A stretch of DNA of 64,000 nucleotides, from the NCBI GenBank assembly GCA_965262635.1, contig OZ253547.1, forward strand, positions 3,445,514 to 3,509,513. The letters are read 5' to 3'. Within the stretch, counting starts at the first letter, position 1. Each line of letters begins with the position of its first letter. The position numbers and the translations under genes were made by a program. The DNA is from Candidatus Versatilivorator sp. (GTDB lineage Bacteria; Acidobacteriota; Terriglobia; Versatilivoradales; Versatilivoraceae). Shown here in pieces: positions 36,819 through 46,349 of this stretch. The notes beneath the pieces were generated by a model that saw only the letters and a list, made by a program, of their open reading frames with translations, ran no database searches and had not been told where the DNA came from.

Positions 36819-37964
36819 ATGAGACCTCCAGAAGGATTGTTGACCGGCCTCCCTCCCGGCTCCAAGATTCTGTTCGTCCGGCTTCGGTCTCTGGGCGATA
36901 CGATTCTGTCAACCCCTCTCTATGCCGCGCTCAAGGACTGGAGGCCGGACCTGCAGCTCTCGGCGCTGGTGGAAGAACCCTATGATGAAGTGCTGCGCCG
37001 TAATCCCAACCTGCAATCGGTGTTCCCTCTGCCGGTCCAGGGGGCCAAACGACGGTCCACCAGCATCGCTCGTTGGCAGACACTCCGGCAAATCCGGCGA
37101 GAGCGCTTCGACTGCTGCATCAACCTGCACGGAGGCACCACCAGCGCCTGGCTCACCGCGATGAGCGGGGCTCGCTATCGTATCGGCCTGCGTGGCTATC
37201 GCAATTCCTTTTGCTACAACGTTCGGACAAAGCGGCCGTCACCGCCCCCCGAGATCCGTTGGCACTCGGCCAGATTCCAATTGGAGTGGCTCTATCATCT
37301 GGGCCTGGAAAAAAGGCCCGCTCCTCCGGCGCGCCTCTTCCCCGACCCTGCGCTCCGGTCCGCCCTGGAGGTTCGCCTGCGGGATGCCGGACTCCCCCCC
37401 TCCCGGCCCCTTTGCGTGATTCAGCCCAGCTCTCGCTTTTATACCAAGGAGTGGACCGATTCCGGATTTGCCGAGATCTCGGATACCCTGCAAAACGAGC
37501 ACGGCTATGCCACCTTGCTGGTCGGTACCGAGGAGGAGGAGCCCAAGATCAGGAGGGTGGCCGGCCTCTGCCGAACCCGGCCTGCTGCGATTTGGGGCCT
37601 TTCGATCTCCGAGCTGACCTGGGTGTTGGATCAGGCCAGTCTGTTCCTGGGAAATGACAGTGGCCCCACCCACCTGGCTGCGGCACTGGGAATTCCCGTG
37701 CTGGTGCTCTTTGGATCCTCCGATTCAAGCCTGTGGCGCCCTTGGCAAACCACCTATGAGATCGTGCAGAATCCCTTTGACTGTAATCCCTGCCCCGGCT
37801 ACCGCTGCCTTGTGTATGACCAACCCCGCTGTATCCTCAGCATTACCCCGCACCAGGTGAAGCAAGCCTTGCAGCGTTTGCTGAAACGGACCCAACGGCC
37901 CGGTGGAAATCGAGAGACTGGCGCACCGGGGTTGGAGTCTCCGGAGGAGTGCAGCCCCCGGTGA
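36819..37964 (+). CDS. glycosyltransferase family 9 (LPS heptosyltransferase-like)
   Basis: About 381 aa from MRPPEGLL; KILFVRLRSLGDTILSTPL N-terminal GT9 signature; C-terminal GNDSGPTHLAAALG. Confidence 0.8.
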   Translation: MRPPEGLLTGLPPGSKILFVRLRSLGDTILSTPLYAALKDWRPDLQLSALVEEPYDEVLRRNPNLQSVFPLPVQGAKRRSTSIARWQTLRQIRRERFDCCINLHGGTTSAWLTAMSGARYRIGLRGYRNSFCYNVRTKRPSPPPEIRWHSARFQLEWLYHLGLEKRPAPPARLFPDPALRSALEVRLRDAGLPPSRPLCVIQPSSRFYTKEWTDSGFAEISDTLQNEHGYATLLVGTEEEEPKIRRVAGLCRTRPAAIWGLSISELTWVLDQASLFLGNDSGPTHLAAALGIPVLVLFGSSDSSLWRPWQTTYEIVQNPFDCNPCPGYRCLVYDQPRCILSITPHQVKQALQRLLKRTQRPGGNRETGAPGLESPEECSPR

Positions 37965-38035
37965 CAAATGCGGGCTTCGGCAGGAAGGGATTGGAGAATC
38001 CACGGGGACCTGGAACGGACGGCGCCTCCAGCAGT

Positions 38036-39148
38036 CTACCGGGGCCGCAGGAACCGGGTTCTCACCGTTACCTGCTCGATGCGTTTCAGGTGGGGCCGGA
38101 AGCCGATACCCGCATCCGGCAGCACATGAATCCTTCCCTGCGGGTCCACTTCCACTTCCGGCTCAATCAAGTCCTTACGAAAATAGCGCTTGCTGGCGGA
38201 AACATCGCCCGGCAGCCTGAAATTCTCCAGGGTGGAGAGGGCGACGTTGTGGGCTCGGCCGATGCCCGATTCCAGCATTCCCCCGCACCAGACGGGGACC
38301 TTCCGATCCCGGCAGACGTCGTGAACCCGGAGGGCTTCGCTGTAGCCGCCGACTCTCCCCAATTTGATGTTGATGATCCGGCAGGCCCCCGCTTCGATGG
38401 CCTTGCGGGCGTCCTCACCATCCAGGATGGATTCATCCAGACAGATGGGTGTGCGCAGGGCCTTCTGGAGTTGGACGTGGTCCAGGATGTCGTTCCAGGC
38501 CAGCGGCTGCTCAATCATCAATAGATCGAAATCATCCAGCGCCTTCAGGTGCTCCAGGTCAGCCAGGCTGTAGGCGGAGTTGGCATCGCACATCAACAGT
38601 ATCTCGGGAAAGCGCCTTCGGACTTCCCTCACTACAGCGACATCCCACCCCGGCTTGATTTTGATCTTGATTCGCCGGTAGCCTGCCAGCAACTCCCTTT
38701 CGATCTTGTCCAGCAAAATGCCGGGGTTCTCTTGAATGCCGATAGAGACCCCGCAATCCAGGGTCTTGCGCCGGCCCCCCAGCAGCTCGTGGAGGGGCTT
38801 CCCCTTCAGGCGCGCATAGAGATCCCAGATGGCTGTCTCCACGGCGGCCTTGGCCATATTGTGACCGCGGATGGGTTTGAGCAAGGGAGCGACATCTCGC
38901 GGATGGGTGATCTCAGAGGCAAAGACCCTGGGGACGACGAAATCCTGGAGCACATGCCAGGCGGTAGCAGTGGATTCGTGATTGTAGAACGGACCCTCGG
39001 GAGCGGTGGATTCGCCATAGCCAACCAATCCCTCGCCAAAGACTCGAACCAGAATCACCCGCCGCAGGGTCGTCCGTCCGAAGCTGGTCTCGAAAAAAGA
39101 GATCAGCGGCATCTGTACTTCACGGAGCTCAATCTGCTCGATCTTCAC
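38036..39148 (-). CDS. enolase-superfamily enzyme, o-succinylbenzoate synthase / N-acylamino-acid racemase / L-Ala-D/L-Glu epimerase-like
   Basis: 370 aa; KIKIKPGWD, MCDANSAY, IEQPL and CLDES metal-ligand blocks of the MR/MLE subgroup. Confidence 0.8.
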   Translation of the reverse strand: MKIEQIELREVQMPLISFFETSFGRTTLRRVILVRVFGEGLVGYGESTAPEGPFYNHESTATAWHVLQDFVVPRVFASEITHPRDVAPLLKPIRGHNMAKAAVETAIWDLYARLKGKPLHELLGGRRKTLDCGVSIGIQENPGILLDKIERELLAGYRRIKIKIKPGWDVAVVREVRRRFPEILLMCDANSAYSLADLEHLKALDDFDLLMIEQPLAWNDILDHVQLQKALRTPICLDESILDGEDARKAIEAGACRIINIKLGRVGGYSEALRVHDVCRDRKVPVWCGGMLESGIGRAHNVALSTLENFRLPGDVSASKRYFRKDLIEPEVEVDPQGRIHVLPDAGIGFRPHLKRIEQVTVRTRFLRPR

Positions 39149-40281
39149 AGGTTCAATGCCAGGTGGGTAAGTAAAGCGGCTCGTGGAACCAGACTCTCCA
39201 CCAGCACATGTTCGTGCAAGGCGTGGGGGCCATCGCCTTCAGGGCCCAGGCCATCCAAAGTAGGAATCCCCAGGGCCGCGGTGAAGCAGCCGTCGCTGGC
39301 TCCACCGGTAGAGCCCTCTTGCAGGTCGATGCCCAGCTCGGCAGCCAGCCCGCGCGCCTGCCGGAACAGTTGAATCACCTGCCCATTGCGTTCCAGGGGC
39401 GGCCGCTTGATGCTTCCCTGGACGGTAAGCCGACTGCCCTTGACCTGGGGCTTGAGCCGGTGGATCTGGTGCATAATCCGCTCTCCCTCGGCTTTGGTGA
39501 CCACTCGCACGTCCACTTCCAGCTCGGCCCGGTCGGCAATTACGTTGGAGCGGGAACCACCGCGGATCACCCCTGGATTCACCGTGGTTCCCAAATCCAG
39601 GTTGTTCAACTTGTAGAGCTCCAGGACCTGGCAGGCCAATTCCCGAATGGCGCTCACCCCTTTTTCATAGTCCACGCCGGCATGGGCAGCCACACCGCTG
39701 GCTGAAATCAAAAAGGTCCCCACCCCTTTGCGGGCGGTCTTGAGCGCGCCCCCGGGCAGGCAGGGCTCCAGTACCAGAACGGCCCGGCAATCCCCGGCTT
39801 CCTTTTCGATCAAGGCCCGTGCCGTCGGAGTGCCCACTTCCTCGTCGGAGTCGAGCAGCAGGGTCAGCGGCCGTTTCAAAGCCGCCCGGCCGCTCGACAG
39901 AAAGTGGGCCAGAGCCAGCATCAGGGTGGTGCCGCCGCGCATGTCAAAGGAGGCCGGACCAAAGATCTTCCCCTCTTCCAGCCTGGCCGGGCGCCTCCCG
40001 GCCTCGCCCATACCCCAGACCGTATCCAGATGGCCCAGCAGGAGCAGGGGTTTCCCTTGGGCTTCGGGACCCGAAAACCTGGCCAGCAGGTGGTCTCCCC
40101 CCTCCGGGTTGGAGACCAATTCCACCGCGGCGCCGTAGCTGCTGAACCGGTCGCCCAGGCGGCGGGCCAACCGGTCCAGCGCCGGCTTGTTGTCCGAAGG
40201 CGAATCCGTGTTGATCAAGTCCATCAGCCACTGGACCATCTGGGGTTCCAGATCGCGAAAATAGGAGAGGAGTGTCGACAT
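39145..40281 (-). CDS. M20-family peptidase/amidohydrolase (carboxypeptidase G2-like)
   Basis: About 379 aa from MSTLLSYF; LLLLGHLDTVW motif; start overlaps the upstream enolase-family gene by 4 nt. Confidence 0.8.
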   Translation of the reverse strand: MSTLLSYFRDLEPQMVQWLMDLINTDSPSDNKPALDRLARRLGDRFSSYGAAVELVSNPEGGDHLLARFSGPEAQGKPLLLLGHLDTVWGMGEAGRRPARLEEGKIFGPASFDMRGGTTLMLALAHFLSSGRAALKRPLTLLLDSDEEVGTPTARALIEKEAGDCRAVLVLEPCLPGGALKTARKGVGTFLISASGVAAHAGVDYEKGVSAIRELACQVLELYKLNNLDLGTTVNPGVIRGGSRSNVIADRAELEVDVRVVTKAEGERIMHQIHRLKPQVKGSRLTVQGSIKRPPLERNGQVIQLFRQARGLAAELGIDLQEGSTGGASDGCFTAALGIPTLDGLGPEGDGPHALHEHVLVESLVPRAALLTHLALNL

Positions 40282-40754
40282 GGAAAGAATGCCAGCCCCG
40301 GCGGGTCCCGACCGGCTCCCTGGCTCGCCAGATCGCGCCGGCCCCGTTTGGTGTCCGGGAGACCTCAAAAGAGGTGGGGCAAACGATTGAAAATTAAACC
40401 AACTTTCATCGTGTATCCGCCGCCCCTTGAGAGCATGCCGGCTGGGACCCGGCGGAGCGAGAACGCCACCCCAAAATACCACAGTTGCCTGGCGGTGGAT
40501 GGCTTTTTTGGCTCCCACCGGCGGTACCGCAACCCAATGCGGCGCAATCCCCGGGAAGATGTCCTACGGCTACTCCACCGGTCGGTTGTATTGGACTTTA
40601 AGATAAATTTACCCGAGCGCCGCTGTGGTTCTTGCTAAGATACAACCGACTCTCAGACTTGGCGCAGATCAAGGTGGGGCCCAAGGAGCCTGGACTTCGA
40701 AACGGCGATTCCGATGGGCCGTTGCCAAGCCGCTCTCAAGAAAGGCAGACCGAC

Positions 40755-42146
40755 ATGCAATCCTCACGAAGATCGTTTCTGAAAGCCTCCGGGGCCTGCA
40801 CCATGGGCTTCCTGGGGCTTCGCTCTCTAACCGACAACGGATTTTCAACGCCCGGTCCCAGACCGAATGCTCCGGCAGGCTATGGGGAGCTACAGCCGGA
40901 CCCGGAGGGGGTGATCGAACTCCCCGCGGGTTTCACCTATCGGATCCTTTCCAGGGTGGGCCAGATGATGGACGACGGGTACAAGGTCCCCGGTCTGCAT
41001 GACGGCATGGCTGCCTTTCCAGGTCCGTCAGGAACCACGATTCTGGTCCGAAACCATGAACTGAGCCTGGATCATCATTCCATCGGGGCCTTCGGGCCCC
41101 TCAACGAACTGATCAGGGAAAAAGACCGGGCAAAACTGTATGACGCCGGTCGCAGGAGGCCCTGCCTGGGGGGAACTTCCACCCTGGTCTACAACACTCG
41201 TGAGATGCGCCTGGAAAAGCACTTCCTGAGCCTGGGAGGGACGGTTCGCAACTGCGCGGGCGGGCCTACTCCCTGGGGAAGCTGGATCACCTGTGAGGAG
41301 ACGGTGCAGAAGGAGGAGGGACTCTACAGCCGGGATCATGGCTACAACTTCGAAGTGCCCGCTAGCAGCGAAGTCCGGCTGACTTCTGCGGTTCCCTTAA
41401 AAGCCATGGGGCGTTTCGTGCATGAAGCTGTCGCCGTCGATCCCAATTCCGGGATCGTCTATGAAACGGAGGACCGAGGTGATGGGCTACTCTACCGCTT
41501 TATCCCCTATAAGCCCGGAAATATGGCGGCAGGCGGGCGCCTGCAGGTTTTGAGGGTAAAGGATCGGCCCGGTCTGGACACGCGAAACTGGAACGCACGC
41601 CAAGTGCTGCCAGGTCACGCTTTCGAGATCGAATGGGTTGAGATGGACGATGTCGAGTCCCCCAATGATGATCTACGCTATCGAGGATTCGAAGATGGGG
41701 GCGCGGCCCGCTTTGCCCGGGGAGAGGGCATGTGGTGGGACAAGGGATGGATCTATTTTGTCTGCACCAACGGGGGCCTGAACAAAAAGGGGCAGGTGTG
41801 GCGCTACGCCCCCAGCTCCGAGGAGGGGAAACCCGGCGAGAACAGCAGGCCGGGCAAACTGGAACTGTTCATTGAGCCCAACGACGGCAACCTGGTCGAG
41901 AACGCCGACAACCTGACGGTGGCGCCTTGGGGGGACCTGGTCCTTTGTGAGGATGGACCGGAGGAGCAATTCGTGGTCGGGGTCACGCCGCGGGGCAATC
42001 TCTACAAGCTCGGCCGGAACGTGTTCAACAACTCCGAGTTTGCCGGTTCGACCTTTTCTCCCGACGGCAGCACCCTTTTCGTCAACATCCAGAATCCAGG
42101 CATCACGCTGGCCATTACCGGTCCCTGGCTGGAGCAAAAGAGCTAG
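40755..42146 (+). CDS. PhoX-family (DUF839) Tat-secreted phosphatase-like protein
   Basis: Tat signal MQSSRRSFLKASGACTMGFLGL; VRNHEL, NCAGGPTPWGSWITCEE and FSPDGSTLFVNIQ blocks. Confidence 0.75.
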   Translation: MQSSRRSFLKASGACTMGFLGLRSLTDNGFSTPGPRPNAPAGYGELQPDPEGVIELPAGFTYRILSRVGQMMDDGYKVPGLHDGMAAFPGPSGTTILVRNHELSLDHHSIGAFGPLNELIREKDRAKLYDAGRRRPCLGGTSTLVYNTREMRLEKHFLSLGGTVRNCAGGPTPWGSWITCEETVQKEEGLYSRDHGYNFEVPASSEVRLTSAVPLKAMGRFVHEAVAVDPNSGIVYETEDRGDGLLYRFIPYKPGNMAAGGRLQVLRVKDRPGLDTRNWNARQVLPGHAFEIEWVEMDDVESPNDDLRYRGFEDGGAARFARGEGMWWDKGWIYFVCTNGGLNKKGQVWRYAPSSEEGKPGENSRPGKLELFIEPNDGNLVENADNLTVAPWGDLVLCEDGPEEQFVVGVTPRGNLYKLGRNVFNNSEFAGSTFSPDGSTLFVNIQNPGITLAITGPWLEQKS

Positions 42147-42992
42147 CCCGCATTTCTCACCAAGTCGCAGCAACCATTGGGAAAGTATCTTTATCTTCAG
42201 GGTCCTGCTCGGCCCCATGCTCAAGACGACTGAGTACATACGGGGATGTGGATCCGGCACACGCGGCCGATGCCGGTGAGGCCGAGCCGGTTCTCTTCGA
42301 CGGCTACGCCCTGCGCGATGAGCCCATGCACGGCCCGGCGTCCCGTCCAGCCGAAGCACTCCAGCGCCTTCTCGCACCCCTTCAGATGGGCGATCATCGC
42401 TGCTGCGTCTCCCTGTGGGCCTGTCCGAGGGCCAGGATCCTGGAGGCGAACCGGATAGCCGGTTCAGGAACCGTCACGGTGTCATACAAACTACTATTGC
42501 GGAGCCCGCTTTTGGCGGTGTCAACAACGGGCGAGGAAGCAATGTCCCAGGGACTCCAGCTAAGTGCAAGAGTGTGACCAAGCTTCGCCGGTTAACGCTC
42601 AAGCCCTCCGGGAAGGCCCACAGCCCTTAATCGCGGCTGGTCGAATTGGGGTCGCTACGGGGCAGTTCACGCACCGCAGCATTTCGCCGAGTATCTTCGT
42701 AGACCTGGAACGGAACGGCGCCAGTGACCAAGCGAGGGTCGAGCACGTGTCCACTGCGACCCGCCTAAAAGGGGTGATCCATTCGTTGGACGCGGAGTAC
42801 GCTAGCCATGAACGCCCGCTCGCTCGCCGACGATCAACGGCTGGCTCGACATGCCCCGTGTCGAGTAGAATGGAGTGCCTCATGGGGTCAAGAAACCTGA
42901 CTGTCTGGCCACAGGACTCTACTTTCGGGCGACCAAGCGCAGAGAGACTCTAACGCGTTGGAGGACCGACTGACCAGGATTCGGATGTCTCC

Positions 42993-43199
42993 ATGATTGT
43001 CGATCCCGGCAAGATCCCGAACGTGCGGGCGAAATCCCCGCAGCACGTTCTACGGCTGGTACCGACGATACAAGAACAGGGATGTGACGGGACTGGCCGA
43101 CTGGCATCCGGCGCCGGCGTACCCTGGAACCGGATTCCCGACACGGTTCGTCAGCGCGTCGTCGACCCAGCGGATGAGGTGGGAACGAGAGCGCCATGA
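42993..43199 (+). pseudogene. fragment of an IS481/IS3-type transposase N-terminus (frameshifted)
   Basis: Two overlapping frames read ...RSTFYGWYRRYKNRDVTGLAD... and ...NRIPDTVRQRVVD..., resembling the HTH/OrfA region of IS481-like transposases. No intact ORF. Confidence 0.45.
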
Positions 43200-46100
43200 C
43201 CGTTCACTCTAAGGGCCGCGAGCTCTTCATCGTCGACAACAGTGTCTCCGGCTGGACCGGGCTCCGGTACTTGGAGGAGTGGTCCAGCATCGCGAAGGCG
43301 TTCGACATCGCGACCGGATACTTCGAGATCGGCGCTCTGCTCACCCTAGAAGGCAAGTGGCAGGAGCTCGACAAGATCCGGATCCTGATGGGGGCGGAGA
43401 CTACCCATCGGACTCGGAAGGCCATTCTCGAAGCGGTCCGGGCGCAAGCGCTCGACAGGCTCGATGAAAGCATGGAGGAGGACAAAGAGCCGAACCCCTT
43501 CCTGCACGGAGTCCATGCGATCCTCGAAGCGCTCCGCTCCGGGCAGATCGAATGCCGTGTCTACGACAAGGACAAATTCCACGCCAAGGCCTACATCACC
43601 CACGCAAGGCTCGAGGTCGTGGGCGCCCAGGGGCTGGTGGGCTCCAGCAACTTCACGCGCCCGGGTCTCACGAAGAACATCGAACTGAACGTCCAGATCC
43701 AGAGTGCGCGCGAGGTCGCGCAGCTCCAGGAGTGGTTCGAGACGCATTGGAACGAAGCGAGGGAGGTCACCGAGGCCGTCATTGAGACGATCTCGCGCCA
43801 TACGCACCTGTATTCGCCGTTCGACGTCTACGCGAAGGCCCTGCAGCAGTTCTTCCGGGGGCACGATCTGAGCGCGACTGAGTGGGACGAGACACGGTCG
43901 CGCATGTTCCCGCACCTCGATCGCTATCAGAAGGAGGCGTACTGGGCGCTCTTGAAGATCGCCCGGCAGCACGGCGGTGCGTTCCTCTGTGATGGCGTGG
44001 GTCTTGGGAAGACCTTCGTCGGTCTGATGCTGATCGAGCGGCTCATCCTTCACGAGGGCAAGCGTGTCGCGCTGTTCGCACCGAAGGCGACCAAGGAGGG
44101 CGTATGGGAGCCTCACCTGCGTCGGTGGCTTCCGCACATCGGCGGCGTCGGCGGTGGCGCGGACTTCAGCAACCTGGCCGTCTTCAGCCACACTGACCTG
44201 GGACGCAAGGGCGACTACCCGGAGCGTTTCCAGCGCATCGCGGAACTGGCCGACATCGTCGTCATCGACGAAGCGCACCACTTCCGCAATCCGGGTCGCC
44301 GGGGTGACCCGGACAGGGGAATCGAACCGTCGCGCTACTACCGCCTGTTCGAGTTGCTCGACAACGCGGAACGCCCCAAGACAGTGATCATGCTGACCGC
44401 CACCCCCATCAACAACCGCCTGAGCGACTTCCGTCACATGACCGAGCTCTTCACCCGTTGCGACGAGGCCTACTTCGCGCGCACGATCGGCGTGAACAAC
44501 CTGCGGGCGCACTTCAACCAGATGGAAAAGACGCTTCGCAGCCGTGTGGGGCAGGACGAGGCGGATGCCGCGGAGCACATGACCGAAGCCCAGCAGATCC
44601 TCTTCACCGACGCATTCTTCCGCCAGCTCGTCGTCCAGCGGAGCCGCGATTACGCCCGCGAGAGCCAGATTCGGGAGTACGGCAAAGCAGCCGCCTTTCC
44701 CGAGCGGAGGGACCCTCAGGTAGCGGCGTACTCGATCCGCAAGACCTACGGGGGGATGCTCAAGCTGATCGAGAAGGCCTTCGCGAAGCAGAGCCCCCTC
44801 TTCACGCTCGCGATGTACTACCCCCTGCATTGGTACAGGGGGCCGGACAAGGACATCGACCCGTTCGAGGAGAACCGCCAGAGACAGGTGGTCGGCCTCA
44901 TCCGGACCAACTTCCTCAAGCGCTTCGAGAGCTCCGTCGCCGCCTTCGAACTCTCCTGCGACCGCCTCCTCCAGAAACTGCTCGCCTTCCTTGAGGTTCA
45001 CAGCGAGAGCGACGCCGAGAAGAAGCGCCTCGAGCGCTGGAAGGCGCAGAACGCCGACGTCCTGGGCTACGCGGTCCAGCGCCAGCGCGAGCTCTGGGGC
45101 GAAGAAGGCAAGGAAGCGGACGACGAAGACATCGTCCCCCAGGAAATGCTCGACGCGGTCGAGCGCCTCGAGCGGGCCGAGTACGACGTAGAGGAGATGA
45201 TAGCCGAGACCTTCCTCGACCTCGACCAGATCGTGCAGTTCCTGGACGAGGCCCGGAAGTTCGAGCCGAAGCACGACGATAAGCTCAAGAAGCTCATCCG
45301 CCTACTCAATTCAAAGGCGCTGGCCGACCAGAAGATCCTGATCTTCACAGAGTTCGCCGACACGGCCCGCTACCTCAAGCGTCACCTGGACGAGGCCGGT
45401 ATCGAGGGTGTCGAGCAGGTGGACAGTGCCACGAAGAAGAACCGTTCAGACGTCATCCAGCGCTTCGCGCCCTACTACAACGGCCTCTCGTCCCCGGAAC
45501 TCGCCGAGCAGGGCCGCGAGGAGATCCGCGTCCTGATCTCCACCGATGTCCTCTCCGAGGGTCTCAACCTTCAGGACGCCTCGCGGATGACCAACTATGA
45601 CATCCACTGGAACCCGGTCCGCCTCATGCAGCGCATCGGCCGGGTGGACCGGCGCATGAATCCCGCAATCGAGAAGCGGCTCGTCGCCGACCATCCCGAG
45701 GCGGCCGCCTCGCGCGACACGGTCTGGTTCTGGAACTTTCTCCCGCCCGAGGAGCTGAACGAGATCCTCTCGCTCTACAGGAAGGTCACGCAGAAGGCGC
45801 TTCTGATCTCCAAGACCCTCGGGATCGAGGGCAAGAAGCTCCTCACCCCGGAGGACGATTACGAGGCGCTGAAGGAGTTCCACCACGCCTACGAGGGCAC
45901 GCGCACGGCCATGGAGGACATGCACCTCGAGTACCAGGCGCTGCTCCAAGCCGACCCGGAGCTGGAGGCGCGCCTCGCTCGCTTCCCCGGTGCGATCTTC
46001 AGCGGCCGCAAGCGCCCGGCAAGGGGCGTACGCGGTGTCTTCTTCTGCTACGCGCTCCCCGCCCTCGACAAGGAGAAGAACGAGTTCACCGAGGAGGCCG

Positions 46101-46345
46101 GCACCACCCGCTGGTACCTCTACGACCTCGACCGCGAGACCATCATCGAGGAGCCGGGCGAGATCGTCGCGAGCGTCCGCTCGAAGCCCGAGACGCCCCG
46201 GCACTGCACCACGGAGGAGAAGACGCTCCTCGACATCCGCAAGCGGATCGACAAGCACATCAAGAACAGTTACCTGAAGCGCGTGGACGCACCCGTCGGC
46301 GTCAAGCCGCGGCTGCACAGCTGGATGGAACTGAACGAGGGCTGA
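43196..46345 (+). CDS. PLD-family nuclease domain fused to SNF2-family helicase/translocase
   Basis: 1049 aa. N-terminus has [10 protein letters not shown]...GSSNFT (HxK...GSxN PLD motif). SNF2 motifs: GLGKTF (Walker A), [11 protein letters not shown] (DEAH box), [17 protein letters not shown]...QRIGRVDR (helicase C). Confidence 0.85.
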   Translation: MTVHSKGRELFIVDNSVSGWTGLRYLEEWSSIAKAFDIATGYFEIGALLTLEGKWQELDKIRILMGAETTHRTRKAILEAVRAQALDRLDESMEEDKEPNPFLHGVHAILEALRSGQIECRVYDKDKFHAKAYITHARLEVVGAQGLVGSSNFTRPGLTKNIELNVQIQSAREVAQLQEWFETHWNEAREVTEAVIETISRHTHLYSPFDVYAKALQQFFRGHDLSATEWDETRSRMFPHLDRYQKEAYWALLKIARQHGGAFLCDGVGLGKTFVGLMLIERLILHEGKRVALFAPKATKEGVWEPHLRRWLPHIGGVGGGADFSNLAVFSHTDLGRKGDYPERFQRIAELADIVVIDEAHHFRNPGRRGDPDRGIEPSRYYRLFELLDNAERPKTVIMLTATPINNRLSDFRHMTELFTRCDEAYFARTIGVNNLRAHFNQMEKTLRSRVGQDEADAAEHMTEAQQILFTDAFFRQLVVQRSRDYARESQIREYGKAAAFPERRDPQVAAYSIRKTYGGMLKLIEKAFAKQSPLFTLAMYYPLHWYRGPDKDIDPFEENRQRQVVGLIRTNFLKRFESSVAAFELSCDRLLQKLLAFLEVHSESDAEKKRLERWKAQNADVLGYAVQRQRELWGEEGKEADDEDIVPQEMLDAVERLERAEYDVEEMIAETFLDLDQIVQFLDEARKFEPKHDDKLKKLIRLLNSKALADQKILIFTEFADTARYLKRHLDEAGIEGVEQVDSATKKNRSDVIQRFAPYYNGLSSPELAEQGREEIRVLISTDVLSEGLNLQDASRMTNYDIHWNPVRLMQRIGRVDRRMNPAIEKRLVADHPEAAASRDTVWFWNFLPPEELNEILSLYRKVTQKALLISKTLGIEGKKLLTPEDDYEALKEFHHAYEGTRTAMEDMHLEYQALLQADPELEARLARFPGAIFSGRKRPARGVRGVFFCYALPALDKEKNEFTEEAGTTRWYLYDLDRETIIEEPGEIVASVRSKPETPRHCTTEEKTLLDIRKRIDKHIKNSYLKRVDAPVGVKPRLHSWMELNEG

Positions 46346-46349
46346 ACCG

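Noticed and set aside
40632-40754. TTG-initiated N-terminal extension of the PhoX-like ORF (track start 40632)
   Set aside because: The Tat signal peptide begins at the ATG at 40755 (MQSSRRSFLK...). The upstream extension has no signal-like features.
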